A stretch of DNA of 60,000 nucleotides from Camelus ferus (GCF_009834535.1 NC_045696.1:92072001-92132000), one strand, 5' to 3'. Shown: positions 38,326 to 52,464, counted from the first letter of the stretch. Program-made: numbers and translations. Notes: generated by a model from the sequence alone, not told the origin.

Positions 38326-41300
38326 TAGTTTCCATAAATTGTCACTTTCCTCATTCTCAGAAAATTAGATCACATATAGGCCTTACTAACTCCTAAGGCC
38401 TCAGCTTGAAGGCATGGCGATCAAATCATCATTTTTAAATTCCTGAGGGACAGGTATTTCCAGAGAAGAATCAATGTTGGCCATACTCAACAGATTCTTT
38501 TGATGGCAACTAGATTAGGGGAACAAAAAAGATCAAACCTTAGACAAAGCATCCCAAGGTGATAAAAATGTTAGAAATAAATATCCCAAGGTGACTAAGA
38601 TGTTTTCAAATAACTATATCGTGTTAAGGAAACTGGTTTGTACACCTGTTCTGTTTTTGCTTTTCAAATGCTGTTCTAGAAAAGCAGGGAATCTGAAGCA
38701 TTACTAAAGCTGAGGCCCCTCCCAGGGTGTTGCTAAGGAAAGTTCACAATCCAGGGCTCCTAATTAAAATTGACTCTACTTATTGTGCGTAAATTGGGTC
38801 CTAATGAGGTGGGAAACTGCAGTAAAATAATTAAAGAATGAAACTATGTTCTCCAAATAGAAGCAAAAAAACCCAGGGAGGATTCATATTCTTAATTCTG
38901 TCTTGTTTCTCTTCAGCTGCATTTGGAGAAAAAGAAAGCAGCTCTGAAAACAGGGAGATGGAAAATCAAAACAAAGTCTTTCATATAATTCACTTATACA
39001 GTCCAGGTGGGGCAAACAGAACACCTGTGAATGGTATAGAACGAAGGCTTTGCAGACATTGAAAGATAAGCCACTCAGGAGCCTTTAGCTCAAGACGAGT
39101 CCAGTAGTAAAGGTCAAGTGCTCAGGAAAGGATCTGACTCCAAACCAGAATGATCAGAAGATCCCAATCATGTCATGACCATGTATATACATCTATCAAA
39201 GGTTACTCTTAAAGAATAACTTGTATTGACAAACGTGTTCGAGTTCCACTCTTTTACTGAAAATAATTATTTTTTGATAGACAGCAAGAACAACAAAGAA
39301 AGAGAAATATTGAGAGATGCAGGGAGTCTAAATATCTCTATGTGTTTAATTTCCAAAACACAAAAGGCCCAATAGGACTTCCTGGAAAAGGCAAATTCCA
39401 GGTTGCCAGTTCTTGGTAAGATCTGTATTAAATATAATCAGGGGATGGGGTATTGGGTCTCCTGGAATTAGAGCTCATAATCCTGGACCCTTAACTGAAA
39501 TCTGCCTGCAAACCTATTTTTGATGATCAATGCTAAGCTTAAACATATTTTTGAACCCTAGAATCTCAAAAAAGAAGATGTGAAATTAAAAAAAAAAATC
39601 AAAATCCAACTTCTGGCTTCTTTCACAAACCCTGATGTTCTGGCCGCACTGGGCCAGTTTTCCTGCCTCCCAAGAGCTGGCAGTAGCCACGTGGTGTCTG
39701 CTGTTGAATACAGCCCCAGTTTTGTCGGCCCCATGCACTTGTTACCTGCCGGGCCCTGCAGGGTTTTGAGGTTTCACCCTTACCAAGGGTATTTATGTTG
39801 GTGGATGTGTCTTAGAGCTGAGGGACAGTGGGACCTTTGGAAAATCTTTTTCAAGGCAAAATACGTCTGTTTGAAAGCAAACAGATGGGAGTCTTGTGGG
39901 ATCTCTTTGGGGAGATCCTAATGGCACCAGTAACATGCTCTCCCTGTAAGACGGCACCAGTCACCACTTAGGCCACTATCAGGCATAAATATTTGGATAA
40001 CTACCTCCAGGCTGAACTTCTCCAGGCCAGGGGACTCTGTCTCCTTCATCACTGCCTCCCCAGTTTAGCACAGGCCATGGCACAAAGTTGGTGCTTAAGG
40101 AAATATTTATTGAATGAGTAAAAGTTGCGATGACTGTGACATTCTCCACCCTCTAAATTGAGCACGAGAAAGTATTTGCTTTTTTTTTTTTTTCTTCAAA
40201 GTAGTTCAGTTCTCTGGGTATCATCTCTCCCCACCATACAAAAAAATCTCCATTCATTCTATTCACCCGTATGACCCTCAGAGAGTTCACCTCCTATTAA
40301 CCAGCAGACTAGACGGAGAAATTACTGGGCCACCTCTAGAGTCCCTTCCAGCACCTAAAATGCATCTCAGGGGAAATGAGCCAAGAGTATACCAAATGAT
40401 GACGAGCTGTGGTACAGGGAGGGACGGGGGGATTTGCTGCTTGTGTATCTGAGCAATACAGCACTTAAATCAGGGCACACCCAGCTTCCAGAAACTCAAT
40501 AATTCTCGGGTGAACCAGCTGCTTTCACTTTGTTAAAAGGAAACTGTTTTTCAGTGTTCCAACGTACTTGGCCAGATTTCCCCCAGGATAATGATGAGCA
40601 AATGTTGGCTGTTTAGAAATCCTGCTTATAAACCAGGAATTCCAAACTCAGAAGCCTTCAGGGCCAGGTAGGTAGTGGACATGAGTGAAGTTGCTGGTAC
40701 AGTCAAGAGAGACGGTCATCCCCCGGCTACAAGTAACTGAAGCTAATGCGGGAATCTGGTTCTGGTGTTGCCAGGTTTGTCCATTTTTTAAGAGAAGCCA
40801 GGTATCTGACTTATATAGACAGTGCCAAATTAAGCAGCAGCCACAAGAACAGGCCCAATTAAGCAGGTCAGAGTGAGCCTGATTTAAACCCTCAGGTTTT
40901 TGAAATCTGCTGTTTAGCCGGGAAGGGGGGGGGGGTGTCAATACCCCCTGTGAAGGCTGTTACTGAAGGCACCTTGGTGGTCTGTGCTGAGCAGCAGAAA
41001 ATCTCCCCTCCCTCCAACTACAAAGGGCCCTGGGACCCTCTGAAAAGAAACCTAGGTTTTACTTTTTTTCTTGGATTTATTCTTAAAGAGCCGCTTTGAA
41101 ATTGTTAAGAAACAAAAACCACATACACGTGCAGCACTTAACTCAAAAGCACCCATGCGGGAGTGGATTAGTAGTATTAGCCAGAGACAACAGCACAACT
41201 GCTCTGCCGGCAGCTAAAACGGTCGTGCACACGAGCACACGTGTGTACCTGTACCGTGTATGAGTGTGTGTGTGTGTGTGTTTACCACAGGTGATTAATA

Positions 41301-41832
41301 TTTGTTTTAAGAATGCTTTTTTTATTCCAAATCCGGCTTTAGTAGTTTTTTCTTTTTTCTTCTTTATCAAATAACTATGGGGCAGAAATGCATCTCTGGC
41401 CCAGAGCTGTTTTGTTTTGAACGTGGGGAAGGAAATGGGAAAACTTTTCAGGCTTTGATCCCTGGACCAGATCACTTTCTGACTCACAATGAGGCCACAG
41501 AGAGGACATGTGAATAGGACAGACGCTGGGAACGTGCATTGGCCAAGGCCACGGTAGTGGTGTGGGCTCCTCTAGCTTGATTTCTTTTACACTAATAATG
41601 AAAATAAAGATGACAGTATCATTTCCATTCTGTGTGTCTTATTTTGTGTGGAAAAAAAGTTGTGACTCAAAGCCAAGCCAATTCTGATTTTTCAGTGTTC
41701 ATTTGTAAAGTGGAGATATTAATAACTACCTTGTATAATTTGTGTGAGCATTCATAAGTTTATAAAATCTATAAAATGCCTAGACGAGGTGCTTGTTAGA
41801 ATACAGGATCTCCGTTTCTTCCCCAGACCTAT

Positions 41833-42193
41833 TGGCTTAGTCTGTTTGAGCTACTATAACAAATTACCATAGACTGGGTGGCTTAAACAACAAATACTTC
41901 TCACAGGTCTGGAGCTGCAAGCTAGAGAGTAGGGTGCCAGCATGGTCGGGTTCTGGGTGCCTGCCTTGTTCCTGCTTCATAGAGGGCCATCTCCTTGCTG
42001 CGTCCTCACATCCTGGGAAGAGACTGAGCTAGCTCTCTGGCCTCTTCTTATAAGAGCACTGATCCCATTCGTGAGGGCCCCACCCTCATGACCTAATTAC
42101 CTCTTAAAAGGTCACACCTCTAAATACCATCACCTTGGGGATTAGGTTTCAATAATAAGAGTTTTTGGAGTTGTGAACATTCACTCTGTAACA
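41833..42193 (-). mobile_element. MaLR LTR (MLT1A/MSTD-like) nested in a MER5 fragment
   Basis: 'ataacaaattaccatagactgggtggcttaaacaac...caccctcatgacctaattacctc'. Confidence 0.85.
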
Positions 42194-43319
42194 CCTATTT
42201 GAATCAGAAATCTAAGTTTTAGCAAGATAGCAGGTGATCCATGTTCCCAGTCAAGCTGGAGAAAGCACAGCTTTATAAAGTGTACTTTGTACTTTTCATA
42301 TTGCAAATGTCCTTAAATAATGTTCTGAAACTTGAATTCTTTTGTACCATCTATACAATGTTTGCTATAGCTGAGTTCCATCTGCACCATTATTTACTTA
42401 AGACACATTTGGAATAGCCTTAATTTAAAAAAAAAAGACTTTAGCCTGCTCCTAAACAATGATATAAAGGATCTGATATCCTAATTATATTTATTTCATT
42501 GGAATTTATTTTGAGATAGATCATTAATCATTAAGTTAAAAATGTCCTTCATGCACCTGCATGTCCCTATGGTACACACACCATCTTTTGGGCAACATTC
42601 TCCCAAAGAAGTTCACTATTAATAAAGTGATTTAATAAAGTGAAGGTTTTTGGGGTTTTTTTTTCCTGATCTGAATAATCACTCTTGGATTTTTCTATTT
42701 TGTTAATTCACACTGAAGCTGTGTGATGTAACAGAAAAGATTTTACCAGTTTGATAGACCACTTTCTAGCATGTATGTGGGCCAGAGTCCTTCCTTTCTT
42801 CTTTCTTAGCTATCGACATCTATTCAGCAACTACTATGAAACAGACCTTGTGCTTGGCATGAAAAACAAAGTTGGGGAAGATAGTGCCCCTTTCCTAGGG
42901 TCCTACCATCTGGTAGATTGTGATAAGGGTAGTAGAATGTGAAAAGGGTGATGGAAAAGATATGCTCAGGACATGGTGGAGGCACAGAGCAGAGCACCTG
43001 ACCCCACCCCGGGGGTTCCAAGCAGTTTCTTGGCAAGTAGTGGCGTCTTAGCTCAAACCCAAAAGGTTGGCAAGGGGCAGAGGCGAGGGCATGCTCAAAA
43101 GGAGATGGACCATGGCAAAGCTGTAGACCAAGAAACAGAAAGGCAAAATCTCCCAGAGTCTCAGTTTCTTCATTTTTGATGTGAAATACGAAGGAGACTT
43201 AGCTCATTAGGTCACTTAGAGCAAAAACACTAGGGTATGTGTTTGTCTGTGAGAATTATGTGTCTGCATTTTCAGAGAAATATATAAATATATAAAGAGG
43301 GAGGCAGTGCCAAGTAATA

Positions 43320-43925
43320 GCTACCATTCCACTCCTAGACATATACCCAAGAGAAATGAAAACATATGTCCCCACAAAAATTTGTACACAAGTATTCATA
43401 ACATTAGTCATAATTGCCAAAGAGTGAAACCAACCCAACTATCCATCAACTGATGAATGGATAAATAAAATAGGGTAATATCTATACAATGCAATATTAT
43501 TTGGCAATAAAAAGAAAAGAAGTATTGATATGTGCTACAACAGGTATGAATCTTAAAATATTATGCTAAGTGAAAGAAGCCAGAAACACAAGGTCACATA
43601 CTGCATAATTCCATTTACATGAAATGCCCAGAATAGGCAATATGCATTCAATAGATTCTTTTAAATCTATAAGGACACAAAGTAGACTACTGGTTGCCTA
43701 TGGCCAGAGGTGGGGTAAAGGTGGTGAGTGACTGCTAATGGATACTGGGTGTCTTTCTGGGGTGATGAAATGTTCTAAAATTGATTGTGGTAATGGTTAT
43801 ACAACTCTCTGAATATACTAAAAACCATTGAATAGTACACTTCAGATGTTTGAATTTGTAGTTGTGAATTACATCTTTTTGTGTGTGTGTGTGTGAATTA
43901 CATCTTAATAAAGCTATTTTTTTAA
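43320..43925 (+). mobile_element. L1MB/MC-type 3' end
   Basis: 'atatacccaagagaaatgaaaacatatgtcc' and 'ggtgatgaaatgttctaaaattgattgtgg'. Confidence 0.9.
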
Positions 43926-43949
43926 AGGAATAGCTAAAATTCTCATAGC

Positions 43950-44350
43950 ATAATCTGGGCACAGTTCTAATTGTTATATACTGTATATGTTAACTATTTA
44001 ATTCTTATAATACCCAATGAGTTGGGTACCATGATAGTCCCCAGAGAAGAGTGCCCAGGGCCACACAGCCAACAAGTGGTAGGACTGTGATATGAACCCA
44101 GGATGGCTGGCTTTGGCACATACACAGTTCACTTCTACTCTACACTGTTCTAGCTTGGGAACCATTAAAGGATTCGGTTTGAGACTCACATAAACCTGGG
44201 TTCTGATGGTGGCCTTGTCGCTTACCAGCCAAGTGACTCTGGGCAAGTTACTAGAGTCAGTTTTCTCATCTGTTAAATGCAGATAATAATAGTGCATAGC
44301 TCATAGGATTGGTGTTTAGTACAAGGACTAGCTATAATAGGCCGTTATTA
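43950..44350. mobile_element. Two MIR fragments in opposite orientation
   Basis: 'gggcaagttactagagtcagttttctcatctgttaaatg'. Confidence 0.75.
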
Positions 44351-45543
44351 ACTGTGAGGTCCTTCGTTGTAGGTAGTATTGTCGCTGCTTTAAGAACTGA
44401 AAAGCAGTCCACAAATCAAAGCAGCAGGCAGCCTAACACCATGGAGACTTGAAGAGTCAGCTTATTATTTCTGCAAGTACAGAATTTTCCACATAGAAAT
44501 CGCCTGCTAAACTGGCGGTCTGGCATTCAACTTTTTACATAACGTAACTTAAAATTAAAGGTTTAAAAGACGATAAAAATATTTGCCACATGCGTGAAGC
44601 ATTTGAAACGTTAAGGATTTGCTTTTTATTGCATGAAAATAAGCAGAAGTGTGGGACGGAAAAAAAATGTGTCACTTCCCCAGCACTGACCTGCAAGGGC
44701 AGAGTGACCTTACACAGGAAGAAAAATGCCAGTAATTTCCAAACTAATCTAATTTTTAAGTTCTGGATTTTTCATTTCATCTTGTAGAGACATACTTATT
44801 CTTGGAAGGAAAAATAAAACCCCAACGACATTAGTGATAAATGAAGTTATATAAGTTTTGCTGGCAAACTCCCCCTGCCCAGCGCTACAGAGCTCATTTG
44901 CAAGGCAGGGAAGCAAATCAAAGTCGGCTGCACTTCTCTCAGTGCCCAGAATGTTTCTTTGAGCACAGTTTGTGACCAGAATTTTTTTTAATTTGGGGAG
45001 GTAGCACAGTTTGCTTTGGTGTGATTCAGTCCCTTCTTTCATCTCCCATAAGTTTCCTTCTAACACTCAAAGAACCAGCTCCTCCCCCAGATTTCTGCCC
45101 TGTGGAAAAAGCACCACTGTCCATTCAGATGTTCAGATTGTCTTTGATTCCTCCTTTTGCCTCCTGTTCTGGTCTATGGGTACATTTGGCAGGCTTCCTC
45201 CAAAATATAGCTTGAAATCTTTCCATTCCTTTGCCACTACTAAACTAAGCCACTTAACATCTCTTGCCCAGACTACTGTAATATCTTCTAAATGTTTCCT
45301 CAGACTCTACTGTGCTCCCTATAGGCAGCTCCCTCCAGGCAGAGCAACCAGACAGATATTTCAAAAGCCACTCATCAGGTCACTCTCCTGCTTAAAACCT
45401 ATCAAAAGTCAAAATCCAAATATACAGTTGGGCTCTGAAAAGGTGTTCGACATCCTTAATCATCAGGGAAAGTTAAATTCAAGCCACAGTGAGAGATAAC
45501 TACACACCTGCCAAAATGGCAAAAATTTTAAATTAAGAAGACT

Positions 45544-45640
45544 GGGGCAAGGGTATACCCCAGTGGTAGTGTGTGTACTTAGCATCATGGGTGAGGTCCT
45601 GGGCTCAATCCGCAGTACCTCCATGAAAAAAAAAAAAAAA
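45544..45640 (+). mobile_element. Camelid tRNA-derived SINE (Vic-1 type)
   Basis: 'cagtggtagtgtgtgtacttagcat...gaggtcctgggctcaatccgcagtacctcc' plus poly(A). Confidence 0.85.
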
Positions 45641-45862
45641 GTCTGACAATACCAAGTATTGCTGAGGATGTAGAGGAACTAGAACCCTAGACACTATTAG
45701 TGGAAGGCAATATATGATGAGTTCAGAAAATTGTTTGACAATATCTAAGGAAGCTAAACATATGCTTACTCAGTGACCTGACAATTCCACTCCTAGGTAT
45801 GTTTACACCCGGGATAAATGAGTGCCTATGTCCACTAAGAGATGTTCAAGAATATTTATACC

Positions 45863-46519
45863 ATCCAGAGAAAACTGTAATTAAAAAAGACATATGCACC
45901 CCAATGTTCACAGCAACACTGTTTACAATAGCCAAGACATGGAAACCACCTAAATGTCCAATGACAGATGAATGGGTAAAGAAGATGTGGTGTGTGTGTG
46001 TGTGTGTGCATGCACACGTGCACATGCACGTGTGTGTATACATATACACAGGAATATTATTCAGCCACAAAAAGAAATGAAATAATGCCATTTGCAACAA
46101 CATGGAAAGACCTAGAGATTATCATATTAAGTAAAATAAGTCAAACAAAGAAAGACAAATATCATATGATGTTGCTTATATGTGGAATCTAAAAAAATGA
46201 TACAAATAAACTTATTTACAAAACAGACTCACAGACACAGAAAACAAACTTATGGTTACCAAAAGGGAAGAGGAGGAGAGGGGAGGGATAAATTAAGAGT
46301 TTAAGATTAACAGATACACACTACTATATATAAAATAGATAAATGACAAGGACCTTCTGTATAGCACAGGGAACTATATTCAATATCTTGTAATAACCTA
46401 TAATGGAAAAGAATCTGAAAAAGAATATATACATGTATAACTGAATCACTTTGCTGTATACCTGAAACTAACATTGGAAGTTGACTGCACTTCAATAAAA
46501 AATAAGGAAAAAACCTCAC
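45863..46519 (+). mobile_element. Young L1 3' end with 10-bp TSD
   Basis: ORF2 C-terminus KDICTPMFTATLFTIAKTWK; TSD tatttatacc at 45853 and 46520. Confidence 0.9.
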
Positions 46520-47559
46520 TATTTATACCGGCTTTATCTGTGATAGACAAAGGTGGGCAACAGCCTAAATGTCCATCAACAGTACAACAGATAAACCATG
46601 ATATAATTATATTACAAAATATAACAAGTAATAGAAAAGAGTAGACTACTGGCACATGCAACAACACAGGTGAATCTCTCAGACAGATGCCCACAACAGG
46701 GCAATTGTAGGACTCATATTTGGTGTAGAAATTCATGACATGGTCTTCAAATATTTGGAGAAAGTTACACTTCTGAATATTAATCATATCTTGATATTCT
46801 TAACCTCTCAAATGAAAGATGGCTATTGTGGCCATTTTGTAAATATCCTCTATGACAAATGTATTCATTTATTTCCTCTATAAATATTGTGTTCACTACA
46901 AGCAAAGCTGATTTAGCTAGTATTGTCTGGTGGTGCAAAGAAGGATTAGAGATGAAGAATTATAAATATAGGAAACAGGATAAGGAATTGAGGGATTATA
47001 TTCTAAAGCTGGTCTATGAGTGGAAGAAGGTCGTTGTTTCACGTGAGACTGAAAGGGAGATGTGGGTGGGGATACAGATGACTTTGCTGGTGAGGAAGTG
47101 GAAAATGTTGAGAGTTCTTACTTGATGGTTTCTATTTCCTCTGAAGTAGGAGGCAAGGTTATGGGGCTGAAAAAGAGAAGGGCAGGAGTAGGCTGCAGTG
47201 GTTTCATGTCCTTCAGACTCAGGGCACATGTGTTCTACAATATATGAGCACCTGCCCTGCCTCTCCCAGGTTGAAGGTCTGCAGGATGGTGCAGTGGTTA
47301 AGGTAAGGAGAGAGGGAGCTGTGGGTCTTCATAAAAGAAGGTTGAAATGTTAAATCAAGAATGGAGGTGAAAGGCTGTGAACCAGGAGGAACTGGGAGAA
47401 AAGAAGAGGTCCAATGGCTGTTTTAACATCTTGATCAAGATGGAAGAGTGATCCTGGAGAGAAACTCCTTTCTTCTTTCCAAGCACAGATAAAAACATGT
47501 TGAGCCAAAATCTAGACAGTGATCACACAGGCGGATGGGGTAAGTGGTGAGTCAGGAAG

Positions 47560-48120
47560 GAAGTTACATTGTTCTAAGTGTCTTGTCCAGGAGGAGGCTG
47601 GAGATCTGGATTAACTACTGACTTTGTTAGGAAAATATAAAATTAAGTTTCTTAAAACCACAAAACAATTAGAAAGTGTAATCTCCAGACTTGTTGAAGA
47701 AAAAGAAAAGGAATTAGGAAAGCCTGACAATCCAAAAGAAGAAAAAAATGAAAACAGTTTTTTTTTTCACAAATTAGAAGCTATAAAATATCAGAGGTAA
47801 GTTATAAACTCCTAACCACAGTAAAAAATAAATATTTTAATACACCTATTAAAAGACAGGACTCTTAGTTTTAAAAAAAAAAAATCCAGTTACCCATACT
47901 GCTTACAGGTTACATACCTCAAACAAAACAACATAGAAAGATTACAAATAAAGGGATGGGAAAAAGATGTATCAGGGAATGTGTACCCAAAAGAAAGCTG
48001 GCTTAGCAATACTAATAGCAGATAAAGTAGACGTTAAACTTAAAAGTATTTTTGGGAACAAAGATTTCACAGATTATGAAACTATTCACCAAAACCATAC
48101 ATTTGTACGTCCTTCATACA
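47560..48120 (+). mobile_element. Ancient L1 fragment, start of ORF2 endonuclease
   Basis: Peptide QKKAGLAILIADKVDVK resembles L1 endonuclease QKKAGVAILISDK. Confidence 0.75.
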
Positions 48121-48127
48121 CAGTTTT

Positions 48128-48545
48128 TGTGGAAGATACTGAAAATTGGCTCATTCAATACTATTTTAAACCTCTGTTTATTGTGGTAAAGACTACATTT
48201 TCCAGTTTCCCTTGCAACAAGATCAGGCTTCTGCCAAGCAGAGATTTGGAGGGTACAGAAAATATTGTGAAGTGACGGCCACAATGTCCTGCAAGATGCT
48301 TGGTTCTTCAGCGACAGTTCTCAAGGTTCCAAGAGTTCTCAAATCCTGGTTCTAGCATTGGAGGAGCCAAGTGGCAGGCAGTGGTTGGCTGTGGGGTTTC
48401 TATGAGGTGTTGGATATTTTTCCTGGCTGTGCTGCTCACAGGCCAACACTCAAGCTTGGCTTCCTAGCCTCCCTGAAATTCTGTCAGCTACCTTGTTCCC
48501 TGTAATAAATCCCTTTCTGCTTAAACTCGCTGGAGTGTATTCCAA
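48128..48545 (+). mobile_element. ERVL LTR (LTR33-like)
   Basis: TG start; 'taataaatccctttctgcttaaact' poly(A)-signal region. Confidence 0.6.
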
Positions 48546-50479
48546 TTTGATGTGATATATGCTCTGCTAGAAGTAAGCCCCAAGCACTGACAGTGCTTAT
48601 GAGATTCTAACTCTGACTGGGGCAAGTGTGGAATCCTTGTAGACTTCCTAGAGCAGGTGACAGCTGGAATGATCCGAAACATGAGTTGGAATTAGCCAGG
48701 TCTCCGGAGACAGGAGGGATAGGAGAGCTTACATGGAGAAGGAACAGCATGTGCAAAGGTGGAGCCCAGGAGATGCAGAGCCAGGTCAATTAGGTCAATG
48801 TCCCTGATTCAGGATGAGGAGTATGGACTGATGAAAAAGGAGACTGCAGCCAGGTCAGGGGGAAGTCACAAATGACCTTACATGCCAATTTGAAGGCTGC
48901 AACTGTTATTTTTCTGTCTATTCGGCACCTTGGCTGCTTCTCCTTCAATCTTCCCCTCCTTACTCCCAACCCCAATACACACTCATTTCCTTTGAGGAGC
49001 GATTTCCTCTCCATTCAAATCAAGTGATTTGGATGAGCTGCCAGTCTCACTAGCCCTTCTCCCAGATGACAAGGAGAGTCTTGTTCATTCCAGGTCTGAC
49101 CATGAAGGTAGCCATTCCTATGCTCATGGTAGTTGGTCTAAGGTGAGCCTGTGAGTCAACCCATACCTGCCAGAGTCCTTCCCAGGGATTTTCAAAATTT
49201 AGAACTGGCTCACAGAGTTGTAGATTCTGGGAGTCATTATAAGGTCAACTGTATTATATAAAATGCTTATGCAGATAAAGTGAAATCAGCAGAAATATAG
49301 TTTCTGAGCACCCAGCCCAGGGCAAATCTGTGCTGGATAGTTTGCAAACATTCAGTTAAGGGGGACACCCGCAGCTAGTCCAGGAAGAACCTGGGTCAGA
49401 GGTGTGGAAGTTCTTGCTCAGTCACCCATTGAACAGGCCACGTGCTGACTTTGTCTATCAGTCATCTGTTCTCTTCCAGCCCCACCCAGCCAGGTTCATT
49501 AAGACACCAGGATGTCCTTCATGGCCCTGTATCCACGGGAGCCTGGCCCCTGCCCCAGATCCAGAAGAGAGGACATGAATAGTGTCAGTTATTGAAGGTG
49601 TGGTCCCATTCCTCTTGCCAAGTGATCAGGATTAGGAATCAACAAGTGTCAAATTCTGGCTACTGAGATGAGAGGGAGAAATCATCTAGGGGAGTTTTGG
49701 GAAACAATTTTTCACTTTTATAAACAGATAATGCCTTCTTTGCCTTTTTCGTGCTACCATTTCATATTCCTACCAGGATTATATGAGATTGGTCAGTTGT
49801 TCCACATCTTCACTGGCCCTTGATATTGACAGTTTTTTGCTTGTGTCTTGTTGTTTATTTCGTACTTCAGCAGTTCTAAAAGATGTGTGGTGGTATTTCA
49901 CTGTGATTTGAATTTGCATTTCTCTGAGTAATGCAAAAACAAACAAACAATACCTAATGCAATAAATATCTTAAAGAAATTAGCAGTTTGTGAATTTGAG
50001 TGTATTTTTTAACTTATTAATTTTCCACTATTTTTTTAGATTATAAAATTCTTTTCCAACAAGAAATCAGAAGAAAATTCAGCTACGTTTTTAGGGTTGT
50101 ATGTGGATGTGACACATGAAATGCTGCAGACTTCTTGTGATCATTAAAGGTGGGCAGAGCCAAGTCTTTGCAGAGAAAAGGTAAGAATCCTGATCATATT
50201 ACCCACCCTGGACAGGCTTTATTTGGGGGTCCATTGTATGGGTGATAGTACATTTCCTTCTCATTTAGTTCCGTGGAGCCTGGGTCTTCCATTGCTTACC
50301 ACCAAAGGCCTTGTAACAGCACATGAGTGGAAGATACTGAGATTTAAACCCATACACTCAACTCTAAATGAGAATATAACCTATGAGCACACACAGAAAA
50401 AAGCCCTAAGGCAAAGGAAAGTAAATTAAACAAGATTGAGACTCCATTTTTAGAAACTTTTACATGATTAAAAAAAATG

Positions 50480-50665
50480 TTGAACAAGTTTATACTGTGT
50501 AGCACAAGGAACCATATTGAATATCTTGTAGTAACCTACGGTGAAGAAGAATGTGAGAATGAATGTATGTACATTCCTATGTGACTGAAGTATTGTGCTG
50601 TACACCAGAAATTGACACAACATTGTAAACTGACTGTACTTCAATAAAAATATATTTAAAAAAAT
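50480..50665 (+). mobile_element. Young camelid-type L1 3' end
   Basis: 'gtgctgtacaccagaaattgacacaacattgtaaactgactgtacttcaataaaaa'. Confidence 0.9.
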
Positions 50666-52464
50666 TTTAAGTATTGTCATACTTTGCTGGTGTTTAAGAA
50701 TGTAAACTATGACAGCTCTTTAAAAAGACAACAGCAGCGCTCATTTATTGAGTGCTTACTACACGACAGATATGCAAGGCAGCAAACTTGATTTAACCCT
50801 TAAAACAAGCCAATAAAATAGATATTGTTATCTTTGGTTTAAAGATAAGATTTACAGAGACCCACTGACCTTGCTGAGGTTTCACAGGCACAAAGGGTGG
50901 CTCCCTGAGGGCTTGGGCTGGTGGCACCCTTACCATTGGTGAGGGTCTCACTCACTCAGGGTCTCACTCCAGCCCATGGAGCCAAGATTCAACCCAGATC
51001 TGACTCTAAAGCCTGTACTTACAGTAACAATGACTGGGACACAACTGAGAAAGCAATTTAGCAAACTGAATCAATAGCCTCAAAAACATTTATATTTCTT
51101 CATTTGTTAAATTAAATATTGTGAAAAATTGTAAAAGCGCTAAGAATAAATGTGTTAGAGGCAGAGTTTTTATCATAATAAAAGATTAGAAGATAATACA
51201 AGTGTTTAACAACAGGGGCCCCGTTAGTAAAATTATGTAATGCAACTACTACAAATAATCTTTATGAGGACATTAAAGTGGGAAACTAATTGTATTATAG
51301 CAAGTGGAGGAAAAAAAACACATGAAAGTGTTTATAAAAATTATTCAGAACTGTCAAAAAGACAATTTTAAATGTGCAGAAAGCAGATGGAAAAGAAACA
51401 CACTTAGAAATGGTAACAGAGACTAGATCCTGGTATAATGGGTGATTTTCTCCAATTTATTTTCTGTAGTAGGGATTTTCTCTAATGAGTATTACTTTTA
51501 GAGCAGAAATAATCCTAGTAATCTTTATTTTTAAAAAGGCAGAAGGCTCTTGGAAAAAGTCTTTATTTAGATAGTAAAAACTACGGAGGGGTGGAGAGAT
51601 TGCACATGAAGACATGCTAATTGTGGTTCTTCAGTCCTCAAAGGAAAGGCGGGGAGGAAACACCGAAAGCTGTCCTCACTCACAGTTTTGCAGAATGACC
51701 TGATGTCAAATATTTTGCCCCACTGTCATGAGAGTCAATATTTGGTTCAGGAAACGTGGCCATGGGAGACATATTCAAAACTTATACATTTATAAAGTAT
51801 CCAGGTAGGTTATATATATTTCTGGATCACTAATCCTAGAAATATCCAGGGAGGTGCACAACTCTGAAGTTTGACTAGCAAACAGAAATACTATCATGGA
51901 GTAAATCTACAATGCTCATTATCGTAATTCATTAACAGTCACTCCCTCTTTTTGGAAACACTCTCTTTTCGGTGTTTGTATCACCCAGTGACCTCTCCTG
52001 GTTTTCCTCCTGTCATCTCTGGCTGGCTCTTCTGTCTCCCGTGATGCTCTCCACGTTGCACTTCTCCAAAATATACATGCTCCCCTTGCCTGTCCCAGGC
52101 CCTCTGCACCTCTCTCTACACCCTCACCTGGATACCCCCATCCACTCGATCAGCTCCTGCTGTCCTCTGAATAGCAGCTATCCTCCAACTGCTCCAAAAA
52201 GCTAGTAGTAATCACTTAGAAATAGGTTCAATATAAATGTTTTCATTAGCCTTTATTTTTTTAACAGCAGATGACTCTCAGAAGTGCTTTTCAAGGAACA
52301 GTGTATAAAATGGTGTGTTATCTTTTGATTACATTTTCTACCAATCTGACTGACCACTGTTGTTTCAGAGTTTGGGTGACTAGATTGTCTCTTGCTTTCA
52401 GTGCACTGCCTCTGAAGTTACTTCACCATGGTTTTAACAATTGGCAAGTCAACAGAGTACTTAC

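Larger units (their letters stand above)
45410..46700 (+). mobile_element. Old L1M 3' region hosting nested SINE and young L1
   Basis: 'aattccactcctaggtatg' on the left; continues 'cctaaatgtccatcaacagt' after the insert. Confidence 0.75.

Noticed and set aside
38387..38442. Minus-strand 56-nt exon candidate
   Set aside because: Stops in all three frames and a weak donor context; not included in the gene model
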